Under the pieces are notes generated by a model that saw only the letters and a list, made by a program, of their open reading frames with translations, made no database searches and was not told the origin of the DNA. DNA of 64,000 nt from NCBI GenBank assembly GCA_964487045.1, contig CAZAOT010000002.1, positions 53,305-117,304 of the forward strand, read 5' to 3'. Below are positions 45,852 to 56,953 of the stretch, piece by piece. The DNA is from an uncultured Candidatus Saccharibacteria bacterium. Lineage in GTDB: Bacteria > Patescibacteriota > UBA1384 > DTJR01. Position 1 is the stretch's first letter, and the number at the start of each line of letters is the position of its first letter. The translations under genes were made by a program, and so were the position numbers.

Positions 45852-46994
45852 ATGTTTCAATATAAAATTTTTCATAAATCGAATATTTCTAAAGCTCGTA
45901 CAGGTGCATTTAGCACACCCCATGGATCTATCTCTACTCCTGTTTTTATGCCTGTTGGAACGGTTGGAGCAGTAAAGACTATGCTTCCTAGTGAATTAGA
46001 GAATCAAGGTAGCCAGATTATCCTTGGCAATACTTATCACTTATATCTTAGACCAGGAGATAAGCTAATTAAAAAGCTTGGTGGCTTGCAAAAATTTACC
46101 TCTTGGAACAAACCAATGCTAACTGACTCTGGTGGATTCCAGGTTTTTTCTCTATCGGGCGCCAAAGATAGGGGAGAATCACAAAAACAAAAACCACGAA
46201 AGCTCACCGAGAAAGGTGTAACATTTTATTCCCACATTGATGGCTCAAAACATTTTATCTCTCCTGAAAAATCAATTGAGATTCAGGAAAATCTTGGCGC
46301 AGATATTATCATGGCATTCGATCATGTTCTACCTGCTGATGCGACTAAAAATGATGTAAAAGAAGCAATGGAAAGAACACATAGATGGCTTGATAGATGC
46401 ATCAAGGCTAAAAGAAGATCCGATCAGGCGCTATTTCCTATATGCCAGGGAGGACAATTTAAAGATTTACGTGAAATTTCGGCTCAAATAATTAGCAACC
46501 TGGATATGCCAGGAAATGCAATTGGCGGAGTCTCAGTGGGAGAGAAAAAAGAAAAAATTTACGAAGTAACTTCCTGGTGCTCCGAAATCCTACCAGAGAA
46601 TAAACCGAGGTATCTTATGGGCATCGGATACCCGGAAGACATTTGCAAGGTAATTAAGTTAGGGATTGATATGTTCGACTGTGTCCTGCCAACTAGATTA
46701 GCCCGCCACGGGGTTGTTTGGATCAAAAGTAGCAAACAAAACGCGATCAAGCTCGAAGGACTTGATTATGGCTACGAGCAGATCGATTTGTCAAAAGCAA
46801 AAAATATAAGCGAAAAACCTATAGAGGCGAACTGCAAGTGCCCATCATGCCAAGGATTTTCGAGAATTTACATCAATCATTTACTTAAAGAAGGGGAGCC
46901 GCTAGGAATTCACCTGACAACCCTTCATAACTTGCACTTCACTCACCAGTTAGTCAAAGATATTACCAAGGCCATCGAAGAAAATAAGTTCTAA
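45852..46994 (+). CDS. tgt: tRNA-guanine transglycosylase
   Basis: TPVFMPVGT, LGNTYHL, TDSGGFQVFSL, DMFDCVLPTR, CxCxxC and HNL. Confidence 0.96.
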   Translation: MFQYKIFHKSNISKARTGAFSTPHGSISTPVFMPVGTVGAVKTMLPSELENQGSQIILGNTYHLYLRPGDKLIKKLGGLQKFTSWNKPMLTDSGGFQVFSLSGAKDRGESQKQKPRKLTEKGVTFYSHIDGSKHFISPEKSIEIQENLGADIIMAFDHVLPADATKNDVKEAMERTHRWLDRCIKAKRRSDQALFPICQGGQFKDLREISAQIISNLDMPGNAIGGVSVGEKKEKIYEVTSWCSEILPENKPRYLMGIGYPEDICKVIKLGIDMFDCVLPTRLARHGVVWIKSSKQNAIKLEGLDYGYEQIDLSKAKNISEKPIEANCKCPSCQGFSRIYINHLLKEGEPLGIHLTTLHNLHFTHQLVKDITKAIEENKF

Positions 46995-47057
46995 ACTAAG
47001 GCTGTATTAGCGTAGCGGTATTTTTGGTATAATTACTTCAAGTGAATAAGAGGGGTA

Positions 47058-49517
47058 ATGAATTCTGATTTTTTCTACACCTACCAGGTTTATTTTTGGG
47101 TTGGAATAGTACTACTCGTTGGTATAGTTATTTATTTTTTGTATAAGCTGTTTCTAAAAAGTGAACTTTCAAAAAGAGCAAATGATCTTGTAATGATCGA
47201 GGTTAGGCTGCCAAAAAAATACGAGATCGAGTCTTACGAACATCAGAAAAATATATCCGAGATAGAGGCGATTGCCGATCAGTTCTTCTCGTCCTTGGCG
47301 TCACTATACGAAACAAAGATATCGGGCCTATTGTCCCAACCTGTAATTTCGTTTGAGTATGTTGCTAGAGATAAAGAAATTATCTTTTTTATCGGTGTTC
47401 CAAGGACTCTGCAGAGCTTGATGGAAAAACAGATTCAGAGCTTCTATCCTGAGGCTAATATCGAGCCAAATGGTGATTTTAGAATTTTCGAGGAAGGACT
47501 CGATGTCGCTTACGGAATTATCAAAACCTCTAGAAGTTACATTTATCCTATAAAAACATATGCGGAGCTAGAATACGACACTATTCAGAACATCACCAAC
47601 TCACTTTCTAAAATTGGCGAAGATGCTAGAGCTTCAATCCAAATCCTAGTTCGACCGACAAACCAAGGTTGGAGGACGCATATCGAATGGGCGATTAGAA
47701 AAATTCAGGAGGGCAGGGGAGTTCCGCTTGGAATTTCTTGGTATAATAAAATTTCTTATTTTATAGGCCAGTTCTTCCAAAGTTCAACCACCACTGATCA
47801 GGATCTTGCTAAGAGAAATACTCCGCTTCAAGAAGAAACGATAAAATTACTAACAAAGAAAAGCGCTAAGACCGGCTTTGACGTGCAGGTTAGAATCGTC
47901 GCGCTTGCCAAAACAAAACAAGAAGCAGAGGTGATCCTTCGAAATATTTATTCAGGCTTTACTCAATTTAACTCTCCAGATAGAAATACTTTGAAGATGT
48001 TTAGAAATTATGACAAAAAAGCATTCTTAACACATTTTATACTCAGATCCTTTATTCCATTTGATAAAATCATCCTTAACTCCGAAGAGCTAGCAACACT
48101 TTATCACTTCCCATCTGAGCACATAGACACGCCAGGAATTAGGTGGTTTATGGCCAAACGTTCTTCGGCACCAGCAACTTTGCCGAAAGAGGGGATTGTC
48201 CTTGGAAAAAATGTCTATCGAGGTGACGAAAATCTAATTAGATTGAAAGAAAACGATAGACGAAGACATCTTTATGCGATTGGAATGACCGGCACCGGTA
48301 AGTCTACATTTTTTGAAAGTTTGATACTTCAGGACATAAAAAACGGCAAGGGCGTCGCAGTATTTGATCCTCATGGAGAACTAGTTGAAAAAATTCTAAG
48401 CAAGATTCCCAAAGAAAGAGCTGAAGACGTTATTTATTTCGATCCCTCTGATGCCACAAGACCAATGGGAGTGAACCTCTTAGAGTGGAAGACTAAAGAC
48501 CAGAAGGACTTTTTGGTTCAGGAAGCTATTCAAATATTCTATAAACTCTTTGATCCAAACGGCCAAGGATTTGTCGGCCCTCAGTTTGAACACTGGATGA
48601 GAAATGCAGCACTGACCGTTATGGAATATCCTGATGGGGGAACGCTACTCGAAATACCTAAATTATTTTCTGATGATAGCTTTCGCGAGCAAAGAGTGGC
48701 ATATCTTAAAGATGATGTAGTAAAATCATTCTGGACGCAGCAAATGGCTAAAACTGCTGATTTTCACAAATCTGAGATGTTTAATTACTTCATCTCTAAA
48801 TTTGGTAGATTCATGACAAATATCACAATGCGTAATATCATTGGCCAGCCAAAATCTGCATTTGACTTCCGTGAGGTGATGGATAGCAAGAAGATTCTAC
48901 TTATCAAACTCGCTAAGGGAGAAATTGGGGAAATCAATTCAAATCTACTAGGAATGATTTTTGTCGCTAGACTGTTTACTGCTGCGCTCTCAAGGACCGA
49001 CATAGACGAAGCTGACAGACAAGACTTCTATCTATACGTTGATGAATTTCAAAACTTTGCAACTGATACATTTGCTTCGATTCTTTCAGAAGCGAGAAAA
49101 TTCAGACTTAATCTCAATATCACCAACCAATACATTGCTCAGATTCCAGAAAACATTCGCGATGCAATAATCGGTAACGTAGGCACTTTGGTCGCGTTTA
49201 GGATCGGTGTGCCCGATGCTGAATTTATGGAGAAAGAATTTGAACCTGTCGCCAACAAAACAGATTTAAACAACATCGATGCGTTTAATGCCTATATTAA
49301 ACTCTTAGTAGATAATGCTCCGACAAGACCTTTTTCAATGCAGACAATAAAAGATCCAACCGAGGAGAACACAAAACTCGGCTCGGCTATCAGAGAGCTT
49401 TCTCGGTTGAAGTACGGACGGGATGTAAGTATAGTAGAGTTAGAAATTCAAGACAGAATCAAGACTTATGAAGCACCTAGCCAAACTCAAGACATTACTA
49501 GAGAGACAGGGAGATAA
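47058..49517 (+). CDS. VirD4/TrwB/HerA-like ATPase with N-terminal TM
   Basis: RRRHLYAIGMTGTGKS, FDPHGE, LYVDEFQNF and SEARKF. Confidence 0.85.
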   Translation: MNSDFFYTYQVYFWVGIVLLVGIVIYFLYKLFLKSELSKRANDLVMIEVRLPKKYEIESYEHQKNISEIEAIADQFFSSLASLYETKISGLLSQPVISFEYVARDKEIIFFIGVPRTLQSLMEKQIQSFYPEANIEPNGDFRIFEEGLDVAYGIIKTSRSYIYPIKTYAELEYDTIQNITNSLSKIGEDARASIQILVRPTNQGWRTHIEWAIRKIQEGRGVPLGISWYNKISYFIGQFFQSSTTTDQDLAKRNTPLQEETIKLLTKKSAKTGFDVQVRIVALAKTKQEAEVILRNIYSGFTQFNSPDRNTLKMFRNYDKKAFLTHFILRSFIPFDKIILNSEELATLYHFPSEHIDTPGIRWFMAKRSSAPATLPKEGIVLGKNVYRGDENLIRLKENDRRRHLYAIGMTGTGKSTFFESLILQDIKNGKGVAVFDPHGELVEKILSKIPKERAEDVIYFDPSDATRPMGVNLLEWKTKDQKDFLVQEAIQIFYKLFDPNGQGFVGPQFEHWMRNAALTVMEYPDGGTLLEIPKLFSDDSFREQRVAYLKDDVVKSFWTQQMAKTADFHKSEMFNYFISKFGRFMTNITMRNIIGQPKSAFDFREVMDSKKILLIKLAKGEIGEINSNLLGMIFVARLFTAALSRTDIDEADRQDFYLYVDEFQNFATDTFASILSEARKFRLNLNITNQYIAQIPENIRDAIIGNVGTLVAFRIGVPDAEFMEKEFEPVANKTDLNNIDAFNAYIKLLVDNAPTRPFSMQTIKDPTEENTKLGSAIRELSRLKYGRDVSIVELEIQDRIKTYEAPSQTQDITRETGR

Positions 49518-49518
49518 A

Positions 49519-52083
49519 ATGCCGGAAAATACTTATAACTTCAATGATGACAGAGTCTTGTGTAGACTGCTGATTCCGAAGAATAATGAAAAAACACCTG
49601 CTGCCGCGGAGTTGTTTTTCGCTGCACTTCATGGCGTATATACCGCTTCTAGCCGAATCCAACCGATAATGAGCTTTGAAATGGTCTCGATCAATAAATA
49701 TATCCAGTTTTACTTCGAGGTACCAAAATATTTAAAAGAATTTGTTGAGGGGCAATTATATGCTCAATACCCAAATGTCGAGATATCTGTAGCGGAAGAT
49801 TATGTCAAACATGCCCCAGATAAATTCTCGGTAGGAGCAGAATTATTAACTACTAAAGAAGATGTTTTTCCAATTAAAACCTTCCAAAGTTTCGAGGCAG
49901 ATCCGCTATCAGGAATCACCAGTATCCTCAGCCAGTTAGCTACAAACGAAGAATTATGGGTGCAAATCTGTATCGCTCCTGTTAAGGATACCTGGCAGAA
50001 AAAATCAGTTTCTCATGTAAACGCACTTAAGGCCGGAAGGAATCCGGGAGAATCATTATTTAAAAGTATTGTTCGTGGTGCCTGGGGAGTAGCTCCAACA
50101 ATCGCCGGAGAGAAACCCGCTTCAAGCTCTGTAGACATATCAGGACCGATGGCAGCGGCTATCAAAGGAATTGAAGAAAAGTGTACGAAACTTGGTTTCG
50201 AGACAAAAATAAGGGTAGTCTCAACCTCAACCGACCAGACAATTTCTAGCCAAAGACTTGCCGGAGTCGTGGGAGCTTTCAAGCAGTTCAACTCCACAAA
50301 CATGAACGGATTTATGCAGGGACCAGCCTTAACTGGCCAAACAATTATCGAAGCATACAAAAAGAGAGCAATCGGATTCAAGCCTTATATTCTAAACACT
50401 GAAGAGCTTGCATCAATTTTTCACTTGCCGGGCGAATCGGTCGTAACTCCATCGATGAATTACGCCGGAAGTAAGAAAGGGGAGCCGCCACTCAACTTGC
50501 CCATAATTGGCGAGGATGCTGAGGATGACTCAGAAATGTCTGTACTTGGAAAAACGAACTTCCGAGGAACAGAGAAGAAATTTGGTATAAAAATCAAAGA
50601 TAGGGCTCTTCACATGTACGCGATTGGAAAAACCGGTACAGGTAAATCCACACTCCTTAAAAATATGATCATCGACGATATTCACAAGGGAAGGGGAGTT
50701 GCAGTAGTTGATCCTCACGGAGACCTTGTAGCCGATGTCATGGATCATATTCCAGAGTCGAGAATTAACGACGTTATCTTCTTTTCTCCTGCCGATAGAG
50801 ATTTTCCAGTAGGCTTTAACTTATTTGAAAAAGTTGACCCCGAATATAAAAACATAGTTGCTTCTGGTATTGTCGGAGTTTTCAAAAAAATATTCGGAGA
50901 ATCATGGGGACCAAGACTCGAATATATCTTGAGAAATGTTGTGCTTGGACTTTTAGATTATCCAGAGGCAACTTTGCTACAAGTTCTCAAAGTTTTAACT
51001 GATACAAAGTTTCGCCGACAGGTAGTTGAGCAGATTTCAGACCCAATCATTAAAGATTTTTTCGTAAACGAATTTGAGCGCTATGATCAGAAGTTCAGAA
51101 CAGAAGCGGTCGCGCCAATTCAAAACAAAGTAGGACAATTCTTAAGTTCATCCACAATTCGCAACATTGTCGGCCAGAGCTCAAACTCGATTGACATGAG
51201 AAAAGCGATGGATGAAAGTAAAATTGTTTTGGTAGACCTGTCGATAGGAAGAATTGGCGAAGACAATAGCGCACTACTCGGATCATTGATTATTACTAAA
51301 ATTCAGATGGCTGCGATGAGTCGAGCTGAAATGAAAAGAGAAGAGCGAACCCCTTTCTACCTATACGTAGACGAGTTTCAGAACTTTGCAACTGATTCTT
51401 TTGCAGTAATCCTTTCAGAGGCCAGAAAATATGGATTGTCACTTATGGTAACGAACCAGTATATCGCTCAGATGCCTGAGACAGTCGCAAACGCGGTTTT
51501 CGGAAACGTAGGCTCGATTATCACTTTCAGAGTAGGAGCAGGGGATGCTGAGTTTTTGAATCGCGAATTTGTACCCGTCTTTGAACCATCAGACCTCGTG
51601 AATATCGATAACTACGCCATTTATCTAAAAATGGCAATTAATGGTGTGACTAGCCAACCTTTCTCAGCAAAGACAGTTTTGTCGAACTATGAGCCGACGG
51701 GCTTCAAGGCACAAATTATCGAACAATCAAGAATAAAGTATTCGAGACCAAGAGAAGAGGTTGAGAAGGTAATTGCAGAAACAACATTAGGTTCATCAAG
51801 CAATCCGAACAACCTAAGTCCAAATGAGCTTATAGGCAAGGATAAAGCAGAAAATACCCCGGAAAATATAGCTTCCCCGGCCGTCGAAGTAGGGGAGGGG
51901 GAGTCGAATTTTGAGGAAAATAAGGAAGAAATTAAACCAGATTTACCGGAAGAACTAGCTAACGCCAAGAAGGGGGAAGATTATGACACAAATAATTGGT
52001 ATTTTTTGACCCGCACTAATTTTCGTAAACTTACCGGTAGGGAAGAACCGGAAGATGAAGTAAAAGAAGCTTCTGAAGAATAA
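49519..52083 (+). CDS. Second VirD4/TrwB/HerA-like ATPase (paralog)
   Basis: HMYAIGKTGTGKS, VDPHGD, LYVDEFQNF and SEARKYG; likely start ATG 49519. Confidence 0.85.
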   Translation: MPENTYNFNDDRVLCRLLIPKNNEKTPAAAELFFAALHGVYTASSRIQPIMSFEMVSINKYIQFYFEVPKYLKEFVEGQLYAQYPNVEISVAEDYVKHAPDKFSVGAELLTTKEDVFPIKTFQSFEADPLSGITSILSQLATNEELWVQICIAPVKDTWQKKSVSHVNALKAGRNPGESLFKSIVRGAWGVAPTIAGEKPASSSVDISGPMAAAIKGIEEKCTKLGFETKIRVVSTSTDQTISSQRLAGVVGAFKQFNSTNMNGFMQGPALTGQTIIEAYKKRAIGFKPYILNTEELASIFHLPGESVVTPSMNYAGSKKGEPPLNLPIIGEDAEDDSEMSVLGKTNFRGTEKKFGIKIKDRALHMYAIGKTGTGKSTLLKNMIIDDIHKGRGVAVVDPHGDLVADVMDHIPESRINDVIFFSPADRDFPVGFNLFEKVDPEYKNIVASGIVGVFKKIFGESWGPRLEYILRNVVLGLLDYPEATLLQVLKVLTDTKFRRQVVEQISDPIIKDFFVNEFERYDQKFRTEAVAPIQNKVGQFLSSSTIRNIVGQSSNSIDMRKAMDESKIVLVDLSIGRIGEDNSALLGSLIITKIQMAAMSRAEMKREERTPFYLYVDEFQNFATDSFAVILSEARKYGLSLMVTNQYIAQMPETVANAVFGNVGSIITFRVGAGDAEFLNREFVPVFEPSDLVNIDNYAIYLKMAINGVTSQPFSAKTVLSNYEPTGFKAQIIEQSRIKYSRPREEVEKVIAETTLGSSSNPNNLSPNELIGKDKAENTPENIASPAVEVGEGESNFEENKEEIKPDLPEELANAKKGEDYDTNNWYFLTRTNFRKLTGREEPEDEVKEASEE

Positions 52084-52378
52084 ATTGTACGACATCATTT
52101 AATCTCTAAATTATTGTTCTATTAGTTCGAATAGCACTGACTTAGATCTAAGCATATACGTATAAATCGTTTAATAAGCGCGAATTATTATTGTATTATT
52201 AGCCATATTTTGACCTATAAAAGCTACAGACTCAGAGCCAGTGATCAAGAGATAGCAATAGGCGAAATAAGAGGGAAATTAAAGGCTTAATTAAATACAT
52301 TAAATACTATTAAATACTTATGATTATTTGCATGTTGTATGTCTACAAATTATAGCTAGACCAAACTGGATTTTAATC

Positions 52379-52406
52379 ATGTCGCATAATATATCTTTCA
52401 CGACAT
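52379..52406. other. dif-like chromosome dimer resolution site
   Basis: ATGTCGCATAA-TATATC-TTTCACGACAT (11-6-11) in a 727-bp AT-rich gap at the gene-strand switch. Confidence 0.65.
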
Positions 52407-52810
52407 CAACGAGCTAGAAAAATATTTGCTCAGATTTATATAATGGAGTATTTAATTAATTATTTGGATATCAATTTCAGCGGTGAAATATCTAGTTTTA
52501 TAAACAATAATTATTGCTTTATTCTCCAGCAATCATATGAACGTATATCTACTTAAAATCATACCTAATTATGCTAAATAATAGCTCATTTATACCTGTT
52601 AGAGGCCCTGTAATCGCCGTAGAGAGGTTTTAATTTGTAAGACGACTAAATACTCATCTAATACAATAAAATAACAAGTAAAATCACGTTAGTGAGTCAA
52701 CTTTATTATAATTTTATTTAATTATAATAATTTACATAATTTAAGAGCATAACTAGCTAAAAGCTAATTAAAATAATTAATAAATAAAAAATTAGAACCG
52801 ATCCCCCAGC

Positions 52811-53710
52811 CTATTTCTTAGTTACTATCGCTTTTTTTTCATACCACCAAGCTAGTACTGGTGAAGCTACAAATATTGAACTATATGTACCAACTCCAAT
52901 TCCTACGATCATCATAAGTACAAATGGTTTTATCGTCCCGCCACCAAGCAGGAACATAGCTATCAAGACCAATATAACGGTTAATGATGTGTTGAGTGAT
53001 CTTGCGATTGTTTGATTGACTGAGACGTTCGCATTCTCAGAAATTGATAGTTGTGGGTGTTTGATCATGTTCTCTCTAATTCGGTCGAATACGACGATTG
53101 TATCGTGTACTGAGAACCCAAGGATGGTTAGAGCAGCTACAACTATCGTCCCCTCAATTTCATAACCGGCAAATTTTCCCACAACCGTGAAAACTGCGAA
53201 TGAAAATGCAAGATCATGAATAAGTGCAACGATTGCAATCGTACCAAAAGACCAGGAAGAAACTTGTCGCGGAACTGATCTAAATGCGTACGCTAAATAC
53301 CCTATTATTAGCACTGATGCGATGATAATTCCGATGATAGCCTTGCGAGTCAGGTTTTGTCCAACAGAAGCACCAACTGATTCATGTCGCAAAATATCAG
53401 AGTCGGGCAGGGCATTTTTGATCTTTGATTCAAAATCTTTATAGTCACTCTCTGTTTGTATCTTGGCTCTAAGGACAAATTGATTCTTTCCTGACTCCTG
53501 TATCACTACCTCATGCCCCTTGTATGCATCAGCTAGCTTAGTTCTCATTTCTTCAATCTTTATTTCATTATTACTTTTAAGCTCAACAAGCGTGCCCCCT
53601 GTAAAATCGATTCCGAAAGTTGGCTTCCAGGCGAAAATCACAACTAGTCCCACAACCAACATAAATAGCGAGATATAGATCCAAACCATTTTGTATTTTA
53701 TAATATTCAT
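52811..53710 (-). CDS. secF: Protein translocase subunit SecF
   Basis: GIDFTGGT, LIHD, GFSVHDTIVVFDRIRE and GTYSSIFVA. Confidence 0.96.
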   Translation of the reverse strand: MNIIKYKMVWIYISLFMLVVGLVVIFAWKPTFGIDFTGGTLVELKSNNEIKIEEMRTKLADAYKGHEVVIQESGKNQFVLRAKIQTESDYKDFESKIKNALPDSDILRHESVGASVGQNLTRKAIIGIIIASVLIIGYLAYAFRSVPRQVSSWSFGTIAIVALIHDLAFSFAVFTVVGKFAGYEIEGTIVVAALTILGFSVHDTIVVFDRIRENMIKHPQLSISENANVSVNQTIARSLNTSLTVILVLIAMFLLGGGTIKPFVLMMIVGIGVGTYSSIFVASPVLAWWYEKKAIVTKK

Positions 53711-54948
53711 TCTTTATTCTTAATGAAAAATCTTAATATTGTTCTGGTTACGAATATTGCAGTAAATAGTGAAACGAAAATTCCAATTGCTAAAGTCAAT
53801 GCGAAACCTTTAACCAGTCCAGTAGACATATAGAATAGAATTCCTGAAGTAATCAGTGAGGCAATGTTTGAGTCTCTGATGCTTGGCCAAGACCTGGAAA
53901 ATCCATTTTCAAGCGCTTGAACAGCTGACTGATTTTTGGCTCTTTCTTCCTTAAATCTTTCGAATACTAAAATATTTGCATCCACTGCCGCGCCGACAGA
54001 AAATATAAATCCAGCTAGTCCTGCAAGCGTCATTGTAACAGGGATAAGTTTAAATAATGAAGTTACGATCAGTGTATAAATCAAAAGTGCGACTACGGCT
54101 ACAACTCCCAAGGAGCGATAATAAATAATCATGAAAAGCGCAACTAGAACTAGTCCAATCAATCCAGCGATTAGGCTTTTTTCAATTGCGTCGCGACCAA
54201 GGGTTGCTCCTACCTGACTCTCCTGAACTAATTTAATCGGGGCTGGCAATGCACCTTCGTTAATCAACTTTGCAGTTTCCTTTGCTTCTTTGAGAGATGC
54301 TAGCCCTTCAATCTGAGCCTTACCACCCTCTATTTGCTCATTAACCCTAGCGCTATTAATTACCTGTTCGTCGAGTTTAGTAATTATAACTTTTCCAACA
54401 TTTCTCTTGGTGATTTCAGAAAATTTCTTTGCACCTTCAGAGCTAAACTCGAGTGAAATAATTGGTGATACAGCCGAGAAGCCTCCTTGGCTCGAATCAG
54501 ATCCGGCTGTCGCTCTGGTCACGTCAGAACCAGTCAAGTCAGTAGGTACATCCTGCTGACCACTTGCATCAAGTTCATAAAACCTCAGCTGAGCAGTCTT
54601 ACCAATAATTGATTTTGCCTGCTCAATATCTTTGATTCCGGGCATTTCAACTAAGACACCATATTGATCATTAATTTTTGTGCCTTGTATTTGAGGCTCG
54701 CTTACTCCAAGATTATCAACTCTTCTTCTGACCAAATCGATTGTTTCATTCTGGACAGTCTGAGGCTCACGATCTTTGATGCTAGACATATCTATCTGAT
54801 ACAGAAGAGAAACTCCTCCTTGTAAATCCAAACCTAAATGCATTTTAGTATCTTTTGATCCTAAATTAGGTCCCTTTGGATATACTATAAGTCCCGCTAG
54901 AACTGTTATAACGATCACAACAATAAAGTTTATAAGATTTTTTCTCAT
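53707..54948 (-). CDS. secD: Protein translocase subunit SecD
   Basis: LGLDLQGG, RRVDNLGVSEP, GALP, AVDANILVFER and KGFALTL. Confidence 0.96.
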   Translation of the reverse strand: MRKNLINFIVVIVITVLAGLIVYPKGPNLGSKDTKMHLGLDLQGGVSLLYQIDMSSIKDREPQTVQNETIDLVRRRVDNLGVSEPQIQGTKINDQYGVLVEMPGIKDIEQAKSIIGKTAQLRFYELDASGQQDVPTDLTGSDVTRATAGSDSSQGGFSAVSPIISLEFSSEGAKKFSEITKRNVGKVIITKLDEQVINSARVNEQIEGGKAQIEGLASLKEAKETAKLINEGALPAPIKLVQESQVGATLGRDAIEKSLIAGLIGLVLVALFMIIYYRSLGVVAVVALLIYTLIVTSLFKLIPVTMTLAGLAGFIFSVGAAVDANILVFERFKEERAKNQSAVQALENGFSRSWPSIRDSNIASLITSGILFYMSTGLVKGFALTLAIGIFVSLFTAIFVTRTILRFFIKNKE

Positions 54949-54970
54949 CTATGACAAAGTAGCTTATTAA

Positions 54971-55882
54971 TTATTTTTTTTCAAGATATAGATTCACAGA
55001 CATCGCTGCCTTTGCTCCATCGCCACTTGCAATGATAACTTGCTTATGAACTATATCAGTAATGTCACCACAAGCGTATAGACCATCAGTTTTAGTCGAG
55101 TTGTCCTTGCCCACTATAATTTCCTTTTGCGAATTTAAGTCTACTACGTCGGTAAAAATATCAGAATTAGGCTCATAGCCTATTTCAACAAATACCATTT
55201 GAGCATCAATTTTTTGCTCGCTCCCCTCTTTATCAACATAGACTACACCACTTACTAACCCGGTTGGATGCTCTAATCCTGTAGTTTTTGCGTTGTTTAT
55301 TATAGTAATATTTTCAGACGAAATAATCGCGTCTATTCTTATTTGCTCTGCCATTAGGTTTTCCCCAAGGTTTAGAATAGTTACTTGCTCGGCAATTTTA
55401 GCCAAAATTAACGCAGAGCTGGCTGCAGAATTTCCGCCGCCAATCACTACCGCTCTTTTACCTTTTGCGAAGGGTCCATCGCATGTCGCACAATAACTGA
55501 GCCCTTTACCAACCAATGCCTCTTCACCCTCTATTCCAAGATGCCTGTGATGCTTACCCGAGGCAATTAGGACTGTTTTTGACTCATATATTTCACCCGC
55601 TTCGTCCTCTACTTTGAAATTATCGGCCTTTGCAACCTTCTTTACTTTAACTGGGTATTTTATCTCTACAGATTTGTATTTTTTAACTTGCTCAACCATC
55701 TTCGAGATTAATTCACTTCCGTTTATCTCATCTACTGCAGGATAATTTTCAATAACTCCAGCATTAAAGGCTTGTCCTCCAAGATCAGTGGTTAAAATAA
55801 GAACTTCCTTTTCATAGCGAGCTAGATAAAGGGCCGCTGCAAGCCCAGCTGGCCCAGCGCCGATGATAATGCAATCTTTCAT
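54971..55882 (-). CDS. trxB: Thioredoxin reductase
   Basis: IIGAGPAG, CATCDG, VIGGGNSA and YACGD. Confidence 0.9.
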   Translation of the reverse strand: MKDCIIIGAGPAGLAAALYLARYEKEVLILTTDLGGQAFNAGVIENYPAVDEINGSELISKMVEQVKKYKSVEIKYPVKVKKVAKADNFKVEDEAGEIYESKTVLIASGKHHRHLGIEGEEALVGKGLSYCATCDGPFAKGKRAVVIGGGNSAASSALILAKIAEQVTILNLGENLMAEQIRIDAIISSENITIINNAKTTGLEHPTGLVSGVVYVDKEGSEQKIDAQMVFVEIGYEPNSDIFTDVVDLNSQKEIIVGKDNSTKTDGLYACGDITDIVHKQVIIASGDGAKAAMSVNLYLEKK

Positions 55883-56925
55883 GATACAACTTTCTTAATT
55901 AAATCTACCAACCTGTTTGAATATCCCCACTCGTTATCATACCAGGCAATGACTTTGAGCATATTCCCATCCACTACCTGAGTCAATGAAAGATCAATAA
56001 TTGCAGAATGTGGATCCCCCACTATATCGGAAGATACAAGCGGTTCATTTGTCGCCCTTACAATACCCAGCCATCTGTCTGTTTCACATTCTCGAGATAG
56101 AAAGTCATTTACCTCCTCTATTGTGACATCCTTGCCAAGAAGCATCGTAATATCAGAGATTGAACCTACTGGTACAGGTACTCTGATTGAAAGTCCGTCA
56201 AATTTTCCCTTGAGACTAGGAACTGTTTTGGTTGCTGCGATTGCTGCCCCAGTTGTAGTTGGAATTGTGTTGATGGCCGCTCCCCTAGCCCTTCTTAAAT
56301 CTCGATGTGGCCCGTCGACAAGTGTTTGGTCGGCAGTATATGCATGAACGGTCGTCATCATAGACTTTTCTATCTTAAATTGTTCATCAATCATTTTGAT
56401 AATCGGTGCGATGCAGTTTGTTGTACAAGATGCATTTGAAATAATATCATCGCTCGACTTTATATCTTTGTCATTAACTCCATAAACGAAAGTGCCAACT
56501 TTATCATCTTTGGCTGGAGCAGAAATTATCACTTTCTTAGCCCCTGCCTTTAGATGAGCTCCTGCTGATTCTTTGTCCGTAAAGTGGCCGGTGGATTCTA
56601 TCACTACATCAACCCCAAGTTTTTTCCATGGCAGCTTGGATGGGTCAGCTTCTGACAAGACGCCAACCTTTTTTCCATCTACTGAAATATAACCGACAAA
56701 AGGCTCTTCGCCCTTAGCGCTTGACGAAACTTCATTTTCTAGAATGCCATAGACTGAATCATATTTAAGCAGATGAGCCAAAGTAGGTGCGTCCGCTAAG
56801 TCGTTTACCGCAACTAAATCAAAATCCGTTTTATCAAGTTCCCCAGTACTTTCTAATTCTAAAATAGCTCGAACTAATTGCCTTCCAATTCTTCCGAAAC
56901 CATTTATTGCAATTTTTATAGCCAT
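55879..56925 (-). CDS. gap: Glyceraldehyde-3-phosphate dehydrogenase
   Basis: INGFGRIGR, SNASCTTNC and WYDNEWGYS. Confidence 0.97.
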   Translation of the reverse strand: MAIKIAINGFGRIGRQLVRAILELESTGELDKTDFDLVAVNDLADAPTLAHLLKYDSVYGILENEVSSSAKGEEPFVGYISVDGKKVGVLSEADPSKLPWKKLGVDVVIESTGHFTDKESAGAHLKAGAKKVIISAPAKDDKVGTFVYGVNDKDIKSSDDIISNASCTTNCIAPIIKMIDEQFKIEKSMMTTVHAYTADQTLVDGPHRDLRRARGAAINTIPTTTGAAIAATKTVPSLKGKFDGLSIRVPVPVGSISDITMLLGKDVTIEEVNDFLSRECETDRWLGIVRATNEPLVSSDIVGDPHSAIIDLSLTQVVDGNMLKVIAWYDNEWGYSNRLVDLIKKVVS

Positions 56926-56953
56926 AATGATCTCCCTCCTTATTAAATAGAAT

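Noticed and set aside
47058-52083. Conjugative element / ICE
   Set aside because: No relaxase, integrase or mating-pair genes; embedded among housekeeping genes.
52084-52810. oriC
   Set aside because: Flanking genes converge rather than diverge, I saw no DnaA-box cluster or dnaA, and a dif-like site is present.
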